Shown piece after piece: positions 39,543 through 50,630 of a stretch of 64,000 nucleotides of DNA; position 1 is the first letter of the stretch; each line of letters begins with the position of its first letter. The notes below the pieces were generated by a model. The model had not been told where the DNA came from. It worked only from the letters and a program-made list of their open reading frames with translations, and searched no databases. The translations under genes were made by a program, and so were the position numbers. The DNA comes from Octopus vulgaris (taxonomy: Eukaryota): the NCBI GenBank assembly GCA_951406725.2, contig OX597826.1:1178001-1242000 (forward strand), given 5' to 3'.

Positions 39543-39626
39543 CACATAATGAACCCGAAATCATCAGAGTGCATCCACCAAATGAACCAGGAGGTCAACC
39601 CATACACAAAACAGTGAAAAAGCCAA
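39543..39626 (+). CDS. TTF2: TTF2 exon 8, copy B (84 nt, phase 1-1)
   Basis: Same exon sequence and splice sites as copy A. Confidence 0.65.
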
Positions 39627-40669
39627 GTATGTATGAGATTAGTTTTACTTCATTTATGAGTGACCGGTTATATTTTACAAGTTTTGAAATGAGCCCAAGA
39701 GACAAACTAATCCAAATGAATAGGGGTTCCTGGCACAATGGTTAGGGTCCAGTGCCTTGCAAAAGTCTACACCCCCCACTTGGAAACTGGATGTATTTTG
39801 TTTATTTTGATAGGAACAATTAATATTTTAAACTCCAATAATTTGCTTTAATAAGCAGATCTATCTCACTTTTATTTAGTACACAAAATACAATGCCTGG
39901 CACAATGGTTAGGGTATTGAGCTGCCAAATCAAAGCATGTAAGTTCACGTCCTACTGTACTGTTATAATTAATGTTTACAGTCATCATGTCCCTGGTATG
40001 GCGAGAGTAGTCTAAATGTAATCTCTTCTGGATCCCTGTTAATGTGCTAAAGAATATGAAATGTAGAAAAAGAAGATAAAACTGTATGGCTGCAAAGTAA
40101 GTTTGTTAACAACCACACAACCATGATTGTAACATCTTGGTTGGAGAGAGACTCCCTGATCTCCAAGCTATGTGCTGCCTTCCAACACAGGAATATCCAT
40201 AAGTAATTACTGAATGCAAAGAAAGAAAAAAAAAATGAAGAAGAGAAAGAAAACTATTAGAATTTTTGTCCAATTTTTTTTCTCTAGTTTTATTAAGTAG
40301 TCATGGCTATGTGGTAAGAAGCTTGCTTTGCAACCACATGGTTCTGGGTTCAGTCTCACTGTGTGGCATCTTGGTCCTTGGGCCCACTAAATCCTTTTAA
40401 GCGGACTTGGTAAATGGAAACTGACAGATGCCTGTCGTGTGTATATATATATATGTGTGTGTGTGTGTTTGTCCTCCACCACGCACTTGACAACCAGTGT
40501 TGATGTATTTATGTCTTTGTAACTTAGCAGTTCAGCAAAAGTGCCCAATAGAATAAGTACCAGACTTAAATGAAAAGTGATTAAAAATTCAAGGCAGTAC
40601 TCCAGCATGGCCGCAGTCAAATGACTGAAACAAGTAAAGGATAAACGGTAACTGTTTTAGCCTACATCT

Positions 40670-41491
40670 GTAGTTCTCAACCAGGTTTCATATTAGGTTT
40701 TTGGGGTACTCACAAGAATAATAGTAAACTGGGGACCCACTGCAGTATTTTAAGGGACCATAAAGAAAAAAAAAACTGATTTAGATGTATTTATTGCAAG
40801 AAACAGGTCTCAGTTTCTTTCTCTACTATTTTACAGAGTTTACCATGTTTCTGGCCATTGAAACGTGCTCTCTCGGAGAGTTCTATTACAAACCTATACA
40901 AGTGAACGGGTGAAAAGCAAAATAGGGATTTTGAAAGGATATCAGGTGTGACTGCTTGGTAAGAAGCTTGCTTCTCAACCACATGGTTCCAGGTTCTATC
41001 CTACTGCATGGAACTTTGGGCAGGTGTCTTCTACTATAGCATCAGGTCAACCAAAGCCTTCTGAGTGGATTTAGTAGGCGGAAACTGAAAGTAGCTAGTC
41101 AATATACATACATACATATGTATGTGTGTGTATCTATGTATATATGTGTATGTATGGGTATGTATATCTGTGTGTCTTTGTGTTTGTCCTCCCGTCACTG
41201 CTTGACAGCCAGTGTTGGTGTGTTTATGTACCCATAACTTAGTGGTTCAGTAAAAGACACAAATAGAATAAGTACTCCGCTTAAAAAAGAAATATAAAGC
41301 GAGTCCTGGGGTCGATTTATTTGGCTAAAACCCATCAAGGCAGTGCTCCAGCATGACCACAGTCAGATGACGGAAACCAGTAAAAGATAAAAGGTAAAAC
41401 TAGTTTTTAAACATCGAATGGCTGTGGGGATCCGCCAGAGTGAAACGGTAATCAAAAGGGTCCATAGTTAAAAAATAGTTGGGAGCCACTG
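40670..41491. mobile_element. hAT-like MITE interrupted by a SINE (related copy at about 27460-27790)
   Basis: Degenerate TAGTTCTCAACC / GTTGGGAGCCACTG ends; GGACCC-type subterminal motifs; SINE at 40945-41395. Confidence 0.5.
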
Positions 41492-41527
41492 ATTTACATG
41501 ATTTGTGAATTTCATTTCTTTCTCCAG

Positions 41528-41695
41528 GCCAGCAGGAGGAAGTTGATAGTGATGATGAGGATGGACCATTGTCAGCTTCTAATTACTCTGAAAACTCACA
41601 AATACATAAACATCACGATCCTAAAAATTTAAGACAAACCAAACTCACTGAGGCTTTTGCTTTACCAAAAGAATTTCTTGAAGGAAGTTATTCAC
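41528..41695 (+). CDS. TTF2: TTF2 exon 9
   Basis: ctccag/gtaagt; phase 1-1; QQEEVDSDDEDGPLSASNYSENSQIHKHHDPKNLRQTKLTEAFALPKEFLEGSYS. Confidence 0.85.
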
Positions 41696-41854
41696 GTAAG
41701 TTTATCATTTGTTTCTACATCTTTCTTGAATTCTTTTAGTCCTTTGTTTCATCATCATCATCATCATCATCATCCAGTTCTATATTTAAGAGATGAGGAA
41801 TTATTTACATTATTTACATTCGACGGATATTTATCCTCATCTTGTTTGTTGTTA

Positions 41855-41898
41855 ACACAATATTTCAGCTGATATACCCTCCAGCCTTCATCAGGTGT
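41855..41898 (-). ncRNA. Minimal hammerhead ribozyme, inverted copy (CpG-decayed)
   Basis: Reverse complement reads ACAC CTGATGA A GGCTG GAGGGTATAT CAGCT GAAATATT GTGT. Confidence 0.6.
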
Positions 41899-42090
41899 CT
41901 TGGGGAAATTTCGAACCTGGGTTCTCATGCCTAAGGAATTTTTCGATATTGTTGTTGTCGTCATTGCCACCGCTGCCATTACTACTACCGCCGCTGCCGC
42001 CATTATTATTATTATTCCGGTCACAACTTGGAATTGAACTCGGAATATTGGGGTTAGTAGCCTGTGCACCAGGTTCGAAATTTCTCCAAG

Positions 42091-42134
42091 ACACCTGACG
42101 AAGGCTGGAGGGTATATCAGCCGAAACGTTGTGT
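42091..42134 (+). ncRNA. Minimal type I hammerhead ribozyme (Penelope-type)
   Basis: ACAC CTGACGA A GGCTG GAGGGTATAT CAGCC GAAACGTT GTGT. Confidence 0.7.
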
Positions 42135-43155
42135 TAACAACAAACAAGATGAGGACAAATATCTGTTAAATGTTAATAATGTAAATAATGTATCATCATC
42201 ATCGTTTCACATCTGCCTTCCATGCTGGCATGGGTGGGACGCTTTGACAGGAACCTGCACCAGACTTCTGTGTCTGTTTTGGCAGGATTTTTACAGCTGG
42301 ATGCCCTTCTTAACACCTCCCACTCAGCAGAATGGACTTAGTGCTTTTTACATGGCACAAGCACAGGCAAGGTCAGTTTTGGCAAGGTTTTTACAGCTGG
42401 ATGCCCTCCCAAACACCAACCACTTTACAGTGTGGACTGGGTGCATTTTAAGTGGCACCAGCACTGACAGGGTCACCAAGTACTTGCAAAACATAAAAGA
42501 AAAAAAACCCTTTTAAGAGGGGAAGAGGCATTGTTTCTTTTTGTTCTGTTCTGTTGTATGGTTTTGGAGCAGCAGCTCAGACTGTTTGGCCATGGTGGAT
42601 GATTTTCCAAGTTAGACTCTGCTAACCTGAGGATCTGGCTGGGTCGACTGCTCGTGTTGGTTGACCACACGGTCATGGCAGATGAGGATGTATCTTGCGG
42701 AGATGGGGACTGACTTGGACTGCAGTAAAGAGGGAGGTGGCTTTATGGTATGGGATGAAGGATTAAAGTGTGAGAGAAGGGTCCAGAACAGAACAGGGGC
42801 TACATGGTGTGACAGTAGTTGAGGTGGGGAGCTGGAAAGAGAGAAAAATGGAAAATAGTGATGATGAGGTGTTTTGTGGGAACCCTCAAGATATGAGGTG
42901 AGTGGAAGCAAGGGGGGGGGGATATGAGAATGGAAAGTGTGGGCTGGCAGAGGTTTCAAGAGTATGTGAAAGTGTGAGGGATGGTTAGAGATAGGAAATG
43001 GGTGAAAGGGTAAATATAGGTGCAAGCATAGCTGTGTGGTAAGAAGCTTACTTCCCAACCACATAGTTCCAGGTTCAGCATCTTGTACTATAGCCTCAGG
43101 TTGACTAAAGCCTTGTGAGTGAATTTGGTAGATGGAAACTGAAAGAAGCCTGTTG

Positions 43156-43193
<38 letters not shown>

Positions 43194-43928
43194 TGTGTGT
43201 CTCTGTTTGTCTCCTCCACCACCACTTGGCAACTGATGTTGGTGTGTTTATATTCCTGTAACTTAGCAGTTCCGCAAAAGAGACCGATAGAATAAGTGCT
43301 AGGCTTCCAAAGAATAAGTCCTGGGGTTGATTTGTTTGACTAAAGGTGGTGCTCCAGCATGGCTGCAGTCAAATCACTGAAACCAATAAAAGAATAATGA
43401 ACAAGCCTTCAGGAACGATAAGTTTCTTATTTCTTTATTGCCCACAAGGGGCTAAACATAGAGGGGACAAAGAAGAACAGACAAAGGGATTAAGTTGATT
43501 ACATCGACCCCACTGCATAACTGGTACTGAATTTATCGACCCCGAAAGTATGAACGGCAAAGTCGACTTCGGCGGAATTTGAACTCAGAACGTACCGGCA
43601 GACGAAGTACCGCTAAGCATTTCGCCCGGCGTTCTAACGTTTCTGCCAGCTCACCACCTTCAGGAATGATAAGTTTCTGATTACCAAACCCACATAGAAG
43701 GCTTTGGTCAGCCCAGAGCTACATAGCCGAAGATGTTTGCCCTGTTTGCTGTACTGTGGCACTGAACCCAAACCATCATGGTTGAGAAGCAAAGTTTTAT
43801 AACTACACAGCCATCACCAGGGCCTAAATACCATCATCATCATCATACTTGCAAGTGCTTGTGTATAGACGTGCAAACTTGCTTTGTTATGGGTATGTAC
43901 TAATACTTATTTGTATATTTTTACATGT

Positions 43929-43995
43929 ATTGCACTGATGATGAGGAAAAAAATCTGTCTAAGATTTTAATCTTTGAAATTAGCTAATTTGCAAT
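43929..43995 (+). ncRNA. Hammerhead-like motif with palindromic helix III
   Basis: ATTGCA CTGATGA ...AAAATCT GTCTA AGATTTT... GAAATTAGCTAATT TGCAAT. Confidence 0.55.
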
Positions 43996-44155
43996 TAATG
44001 TGGAGTCTTTTTTAAGTATCTTTTCACTTGCCTGCTTTCAATTGCATGTATTTCTGGAGTTTTTCTTGGTAGCTTCGTAATGTTTAGACATTCATTCAGC
44101 ATGGAGGAGAAAAGTCATGTTTCAACTTTCTCCTTTAATATAATTATATATACAT

Positions 44156-44757
44156 AATCAAAAGTAAGCAACAGGATATCCAGAAGTGATGCAGTACAAC
44201 CGTTTCAAGCGGCTCCATTTAATTGAACAATGCAATCGTTACATCAATTTAAATGCAGGGCTATCCTCAGCTGCATAAATAAATATAATTTTTTAATCAG
44301 TTGGACATATTAATATAATTTTACTTAAATACTCAAATAGAGTAAGACGAGAAAGTCCATGCTGTCACCATCAGCTTAGAATTTACTAGACATCAGGAAA
44401 AAGTTTGTTGGGGTCATAGCTTGTAACAGATTTTGGTTCAGTTTTAATTTATTAGTCTTGTTTAAAACTGAACCAAAATCTGTTACAAGCTATGATCCCA
44501 ACAAACTTTTTCCTGGTGTCTAGTAAATTCTAAGCTGAAGTGGTGACAACATAGACTTTGTCTGTCTTCTTACTCTATTAGAGTATTTAAGTAAAATTGT
44601 ATTAATATGTACAGCTGATTAAAAAATTCTATTTATTTATGTAGCTGAGGATAGCCCTGCATTTAAATTGATGTAACGATTGCATTGTTCAATTAAATGG
44701 AGCCGCTTGAAACGGTCATACTGCATTACCTGGATATCCTGTTGCTTACTTTTGATT
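44156..44757. repeat. 602-bp near-perfect palindrome (arms about 292/296 bp, 14-nt loop) with a hammerhead in each arm
   Basis: Arms 44156-44447 / 44462-44757 are reverse complements with scattered mismatches. Confidence 0.92.
44189..44276 (-). ncRNA. Type I hammerhead ribozyme with extended helix II
   Basis: Reverse complement reads ATGCAG CTGAGGA [long stem] GAAAC GGTT GTA CTGCAT; the + copy at 44639-44726 has GTA changed to ATA. Confidence 0.6.
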
Positions 44758-45170
44758 TTATTCACCTTATTTTGAAGTTGTACGGATAATACCGCACTAA
44801 TTTTTGGTGCTTCAACTTAAGTACCTAATTGAACTGAATCTCAATTATTTTATATATATATATATATATATGTATATAATTATTAATTTAATATGTATAT
44901 ATTTGTGTGTGTGTCCCTCACCACCACTTGACAACTGGTGTTTGTTTATGTTCCTCGTTTAATGGATTTGGTAAAAGAGACTGATGAAATATGTACAGGG
45001 GTCGATTCGTTTGGCTAAAAGCTTTTCAGGGTAGTGCTGCAGCATGGCCACAATCCAGTGGCAGAAACAAATGAAAAATAAAATAAAAAATAAAGCTTTT
45101 CTTTTATTTGAATGCACTTTCTTTTGGAATCATTAACCAAATAAAGGTTATCAAATTCTTGTCTTTTCAG

Positions 45171-45273
45171 AAGCCAGTTGGCAGCCTGTGGCGCTGTATG
45201 GAGGTCGAATGACTGTAAAGCGTCTGGAAGAAGTGAGGAATGCAATGGATAAAATTACAAACTCTTTGCACGA
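45171..45273 (+). CDS. TTF2: TTF2 exon 10
   Basis: tttcag/gtaagc; ASWQPVALYGGRMTVKRLEEVRNAMDKITNSLH. Confidence 0.92.
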
Positions 45274-45876
45274 GTAAGCTCTTATTCTTGGAACTGAATT
45301 TCTTAAGATCTCAATCAAAGACAGACTTAAAAATTCCAGTTTGGTGTGGTGATTGTGTTGGTGTGGTAGTATAGTAGTTATATAGGAATTGTTTTAAACA
45401 TGGCTGTTTTTGTGTGTCTCTTTGTGAAAGCACATAGTCCAGTGGTTAGGGTGTTGCACTTACAGTTGTCAGATTGTGAGTTCAATCCCCAGACAGGGTG
45501 GTGTGTTATTTTTCTTGAGTAAAACACTTCATTTCATGTTGCCTCCAGTGCAGCATGTATGTTGTAAAGAGGCAGCCTAAAAGGGGTAGAGGTAAGATTT
45601 GCACTCTGACCTTGCAAAACCCTCATCAGCAATGACTATCCATGCAGACCCATGGGTTGGAAGGCTGTCGCCTGAATGGTCCAGGTGTCATCCGCCAAGG
45701 AGTGGGGAATGACCAACAAATGGTGGATGCAGCGATGTAGTGTTGCATCACATGCCCCCTTACTACTACTGCTGTAATGTCTCAGACCTAATAGATGGAC
45801 TTAAATTCAACACTGCAAATTCACAAAACACTTGTTATTTGTACAGTGTTCCTGCTATTAATGTGTTTAATATGTA

Positions 45877-46443
45877 TTGGGTTGTCTGGAAAGTTCATGT
45901 CGATTTTTAAAGGAAAGAAAAAGGTCAATAAATACTTGCCATTACATTTTTAATCAACCAAATATGAACCATTTTGTTGCACAATGCATCTCCATCTTTC
46001 CTTTAACTTGAAATTAACCTCTTCCCAGAATTGAGGGGGTTTCATGGCAAAGAATTCATCAAGGTATCTTTTTACATCATTCAAAGAATTGAAACTTTTA
46101 CCATTAAGACTATTCTGCAGAGACCTGAATAAGTGGAAATCCGAAGGAGCAATATCTGGTGAATATGGACATTGGGGTAACACATCCCAGCCGAGCTGCA
46201 GCAATTCTTTGTCTGGTTCCCAAAGCATCAAGTGCCGAAAATGAACTTTCTTATCTTCCATTTTAAAGGGTTACAGAATTAACACAGGTTATAGGAACAT
46301 AAACCTTCTTCCACAAAAAGATAGCTTAAACTATGCTCTTGATGGAGGTGTAGTCAAATCCTATTTTATGGACTCAACCATGTTCTAAAATAAGTCGAAA
46401 GATAAGCTGCCGTAAATCGGCAAGAACTTTCCGGACAACCCAA
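45877..46443 (-). mobile_element. Internally deleted mariner element
   Basis: TA-flanked TIRs TTGGGTTGTCTGGAAAGTTC / GAACTTTCCGGACAACCCAA; ORF 45950-46261 with YSPDIAPSDFHLFRSL. Confidence 0.9.
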
Positions 46444-47051
46444 TAGAATTGTTATATCATCATCACCACCATGATCATTGTCATCATCATCATCATTGTG
46501 GGTTTTATAGCCATTCATTTTGCATAAATGTTTTTTCCCCCCCATCCTTGCTTAGGTTGATTGGTTATGGAGAAAGTTGACCTCTGAAAGACTGACTTCT
46601 TACCCATATATGCTGGAGATGCCTACCATCCTTTTGAACTATCATTAAATGGTGACAATACATGCAAATGAAACGCATGCTCAGACACACACACACACGC
46701 ATTCAATGGTTTCATAGTTTGGTACAAGGCCAGCAATTTCGGGGGAGTTGGGTAAGCCAATTACATTGCCTCCCCAATGTCCAACTGGTACTTCTTTTAT
46801 CAACCCTGAAAGGACAGAGAGCGAAGTCGATCTTGGTGAAATTTGAACCCATAAATTAAAGGCAGATGAAGTGCTGCTAAGCATTTTGCCTGGCAGGCTA
46901 ACGAGTCTAGCAGCTCACCACCTTATATACTAAACGATACAAATACATAATCTCTCTCTCTCTCTCTCTCTCTCTGATATAAATATTGGTATTTTACAGT
47001 CAGAGGGGAATCTCAGATTAATATTGATTCTTGTCTATCTTTGATCATCAG

Positions 47052-47191
47052 GCAACTCAAAACTTGTCCAAAGGAAGATGAAGAAGAAGAAGATCCTCGA
47101 GGGTTGAGGGTCTCTTTGATGCCTCATCAGAAACATGCTTTAGCCTGGTTACTCTGGAGGCAGAAACAAAACCCTTCAGGTGGTATTTTAG
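47052..47191 (+). CDS. TTF2: TTF2 exon 11 (SNF2 Q motif)
   Basis: catcag/gtaagg; [46 protein letters not shown]. Confidence 0.95.
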
Positions 47192-47792
47192 GTAAGGAAA
47201 TCATGATTATTTTTGTTTTTTTGTTTTTGCTTGTGTGTCCAGTTGGGGTGCTGGTATGCCTAAATGGTTAAGCAGTTTGCTTTGCAATCATGGGGTTTGT
47301 GGTTTCATTCTTCTTCACAGAAGATGAAAATTTTCATGAAGCTGCTTTTGTAACCGTGTGGTTTTATCACAGTCCTACTGCGCAGTAATACCTTGGGCAA
47401 GTTCCATTGTAACCTCGGGTTGACCAATGCCTTGTGAGTGAAATTGGTAAAAGAAATTGTGTTGACTGCAGCCATGCTGGAGCACCGCTTTTAGTCGATC
47501 AAATTGACCCCAGGACTTATTTTTTGTAAGCCTAGTACTTATTCTGTCGATCTCTTATGCTGAACCACTAAGTTATGGGGTACATAAGCACACCAGTATC
47601 AGTTGTCAAGTGATGGTGGGGGACAAACATAGACACACAAGCATATATGTAGATATACGTTGGTTTTCTTTCAGCTTCCGTCTACCAAATCCACTCACAA
47701 AGCTTTGGTTGGCCTGAGGCTATAGCAGAAGACACAAGGTGCGTTGCAGTGGGACTGAACCTGGAACCATGTGGTTGGGAAGCAAACTTCTT

Positions 47793-49819
47793 TATTTCAT
47801 TAAATTTGCCACAAGGGCAGCACACAGAGAGAGGCTTGAGGGCTAGACAAAGACATTAATGGGTTGAATGATGATGATATATGGATGATAAGGATGGGAG
47901 AAGACGAAAAGCGCCCACCGACTTTCGCTTCTCTAAAACATTGTTCTTTTTTGCTTTTTTTTTTAAAAAACACAATGAGGCAATAAACCTCTTACACAGT
48001 TTAAAATTAAAAATAAAACACAAACACGAGGCAATAATCCTCTCACTTTTTACATTTTTACTCTCTTTTTGAGGTAATACACCTCTTCAATTTTTCCGCC
48101 CGGCCAGGCTCCTTGCTTCATCGAAGCACCTGGTCCGTTTTGAACTTAAAGGTTTCAACATAAATCTGAAGGAGTCCTTCGGGAAGGAGTTCGTTATCTT
48201 CCCTAGATTGTTCTCCCATAAGACCTCCGCAGCCACCTGCGAAGGCCACTCAGGGTCCTCCGTATAGGACAGAAGCCCTTCCCACCGGCACTTCCTTTCG
48301 ATTTTTTGATTTCATTTTGCAAGGTTCCTCCCTTGTGGAAGAGGACCAAAAATTCCTCCTCCAGCAGCACACCCGCCAAAGGAGAATCGAGACACGCCGC
48401 CAGCGTGTCACAACCTGCCGGCGATGTCCCGTTTTTCTTTTTTCTTTTCTTTTTCCCTTGGGCTGCGGGAGGATGGTGTTCCCTTGCTGTGTCCAGCAGG
48501 TCCTCCTTTTCTCCCGCAGCTCTCGGGTTCTTCGGTGGGCAACCATTGTTGCCCACCATTCGCTTTCGTTTTTTCAAGGAGGTGGAATCCTCCTTGACAT
48601 CTTCCTCCTTCTCTCCCGCCACTGAGGGAGCAGGGAGTGGTTCCTCTGTTAACTTCTCCAGGATCCTATTTTGGTCCTTGGGGCAGTTTTTCTTGATGTG
48701 GCCGGTCTCCAGGCACAGGTGACACTTGGGGGGGGGGGTGTCCCTCGAGCATCACCAGATACCTAGATCCGGCCATCCTCAAAAAATCTGGGAAAACCAG
48801 ACTTTTGGCTGATTGGGTCCATAGGGTCAACACAGCTTTTGACCCCTCCCAATCAGCCGCAGGCAAAATTTTTACGTTGAGCAGCTTGATACTGCTACCA
48901 CCCAGACCCCGGCGGATAGAGTCCTCTATCCACTCGGGCTCAATTCCGGGTGGCAAACCGCAGATCCAAGCTTTCAATAATTTCTTTCCACAGTAGCTTG
49001 GAAGAAACATTATTTCCTTCTCCTTGAGGGGCTGGCTTGCAAAATCGCAAGCTTCTTTGGGGGAGTAAAATAGCAACCAGACCGTTGCAAATTTGACTCC
49101 CCGTGAAATAAATTTAATAGCTGGCATGTATTCTGCCAGCTCTTAAAAAGTTGTGGCTTTCAGGAAGACGGTTATGGTATTGAGTGACTTTGAATAAGTC
49201 CTCAACACCACCGTCTTCCTTTCGAGCTCTTTTAGCCATGATTTGGGAGGTGTTAATTCCCCCACTAATATTTCCTTTGCCATTTTTTTTTTTAAATAAA
49301 AAGTTCAAATACAGTTTGTCAATACGTTTTCAAATAAAGAAAGATACACAAAAAAAGAAAGAAGACACAACAGAAGGGAAGAAAAAATAAAATTAACAGT
49401 TCAAATAAAGTTCTTTTTTTTTTAAATAAATGATAGCTGTGAAAAGAGAGTTCAAATCCAGGCAAAGAAATAAATTTTCGGCCGAAAGGTACTCCTGGCC
49501 AATTCTTTTAATCCACGTGGGCACAAAAATTTTCAAATACAATTTCTCACAATTATGTGAGACAACACACACGTCTTCACAGCAAGGCAGACAAAAAGCC
49601 TCGAATCCAGTAAGGACTCCCTGCCTGTTCAAAAAAATAAAACCAACAGGCAACAAATCCTACCGGACTCAAAAAGCAAAAAGTCTTACTTTACAGCGTC
49701 TTTCAGTTCAACTTTCGCCAGCTGCATACCAGCGTGACGACTTCAACAGGTGCGTGAAGAACACTGTTTTTGTTCTTTTTAGGACGGAGCTCAGACCGAG
49801 GCGACCTCTCAGTTCAACC
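47793..49819 (-). mobile_element. 2.0-kb ORF1-only (HAL1-like) retroelement inserted into a SINE, with 15-bp TSD
   Basis: TSD GGAAGCAA(A/G)CTTCTT at 47778-47792 and 49820-49834; frameshifted ORF with CHLCLETGHIKKNC knuckle and Lys-rich tail; no RT or endonuclease. Confidence 0.75.
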
Positions 49820-50139
49820 GGAAGCAAGCTTCTTACCACACAGCCACGCTTGCACCTATATCTACACAACCATGCCTGCACCTCTATATGTATATATCTG
49901 TGTGTGTCTTTGTGTCATGTTTCTTCATAACTTGACAACTGGTGTTGGTTTGTTTATGTCCCTGTAATTTAGCAATTCAGCAAAACAAGTCAATTGAATG
50001 AGTACCAAACTTAAAGAGAAAGTAAAGAACATAAGTACTGGGGCTGATCTACTCAGTGAAACCCTTCAAGGTGGTGCTGTAGCATGGTCGCAGTCTAGTG
50101 AGTGAAACAAACAAGAGAGATAAGTTTTTTTTTTATCAT

Positions 50140-50630
50140 ACCTTTCATCATCATCTGGCTGAGCTTGCTTGGACATTCTTGACCTACACATGCCATCCAT
50201 CTCAGTCCTGCTTTAGTTGAGGGGGAGGTCCTCAGGGAGGCATCCATTGTCTCTATTGAGTTGATCTACATACGTTGTGTTTGGATGACCTGTTTAAGGA
50301 CGACTATGCTTTGGCGTCCGTAGTAGTAGTTCTCTTGCCAGGCTCTTGTTTAGCTCACTAACAATGTCCTGCGAGGCGCAAGTTCTTTTCCCTTACAATA
50401 GAGGAAACAGACAGGAGATCTCTGTACAGCTGTTTCTTGTCAGGATGAATTCTCCAAGATATGTTTAAGACTTCTCTTAACATTTGGGTGTAAGTTCCAT
50501 CCAGCTTGGATTCCAGTTTGTCGGTAAGTGTCCAGGTTGTTCCACAAGAGAACCGACTCTACTGTTGCTCGGAAAAAATTTCTTTGAGGTTGTCAGACAG
50601 GGTTGATTTCCAGGCAGCATCCATAGCTTA
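50140..50630 (-). mobile_element. Decayed non-LTR retrotransposon 3' fragment (RTE/RTEX-like)
   Basis: Minus strand reads KLDGTYTQMLREVLNISWRIHP..KQLY. Confidence 0.6.

Larger units (their letters stand above)
41800..42189. mobile_element. Fold-back element (121-bp arms) with one hammerhead per arm and a tRNA-like B box in the spacer
   Basis: Arms 41800-41920 / 42069-42189; GAGTTCAATTCC on the minus strand near 42030-42041. Confidence 0.75.
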
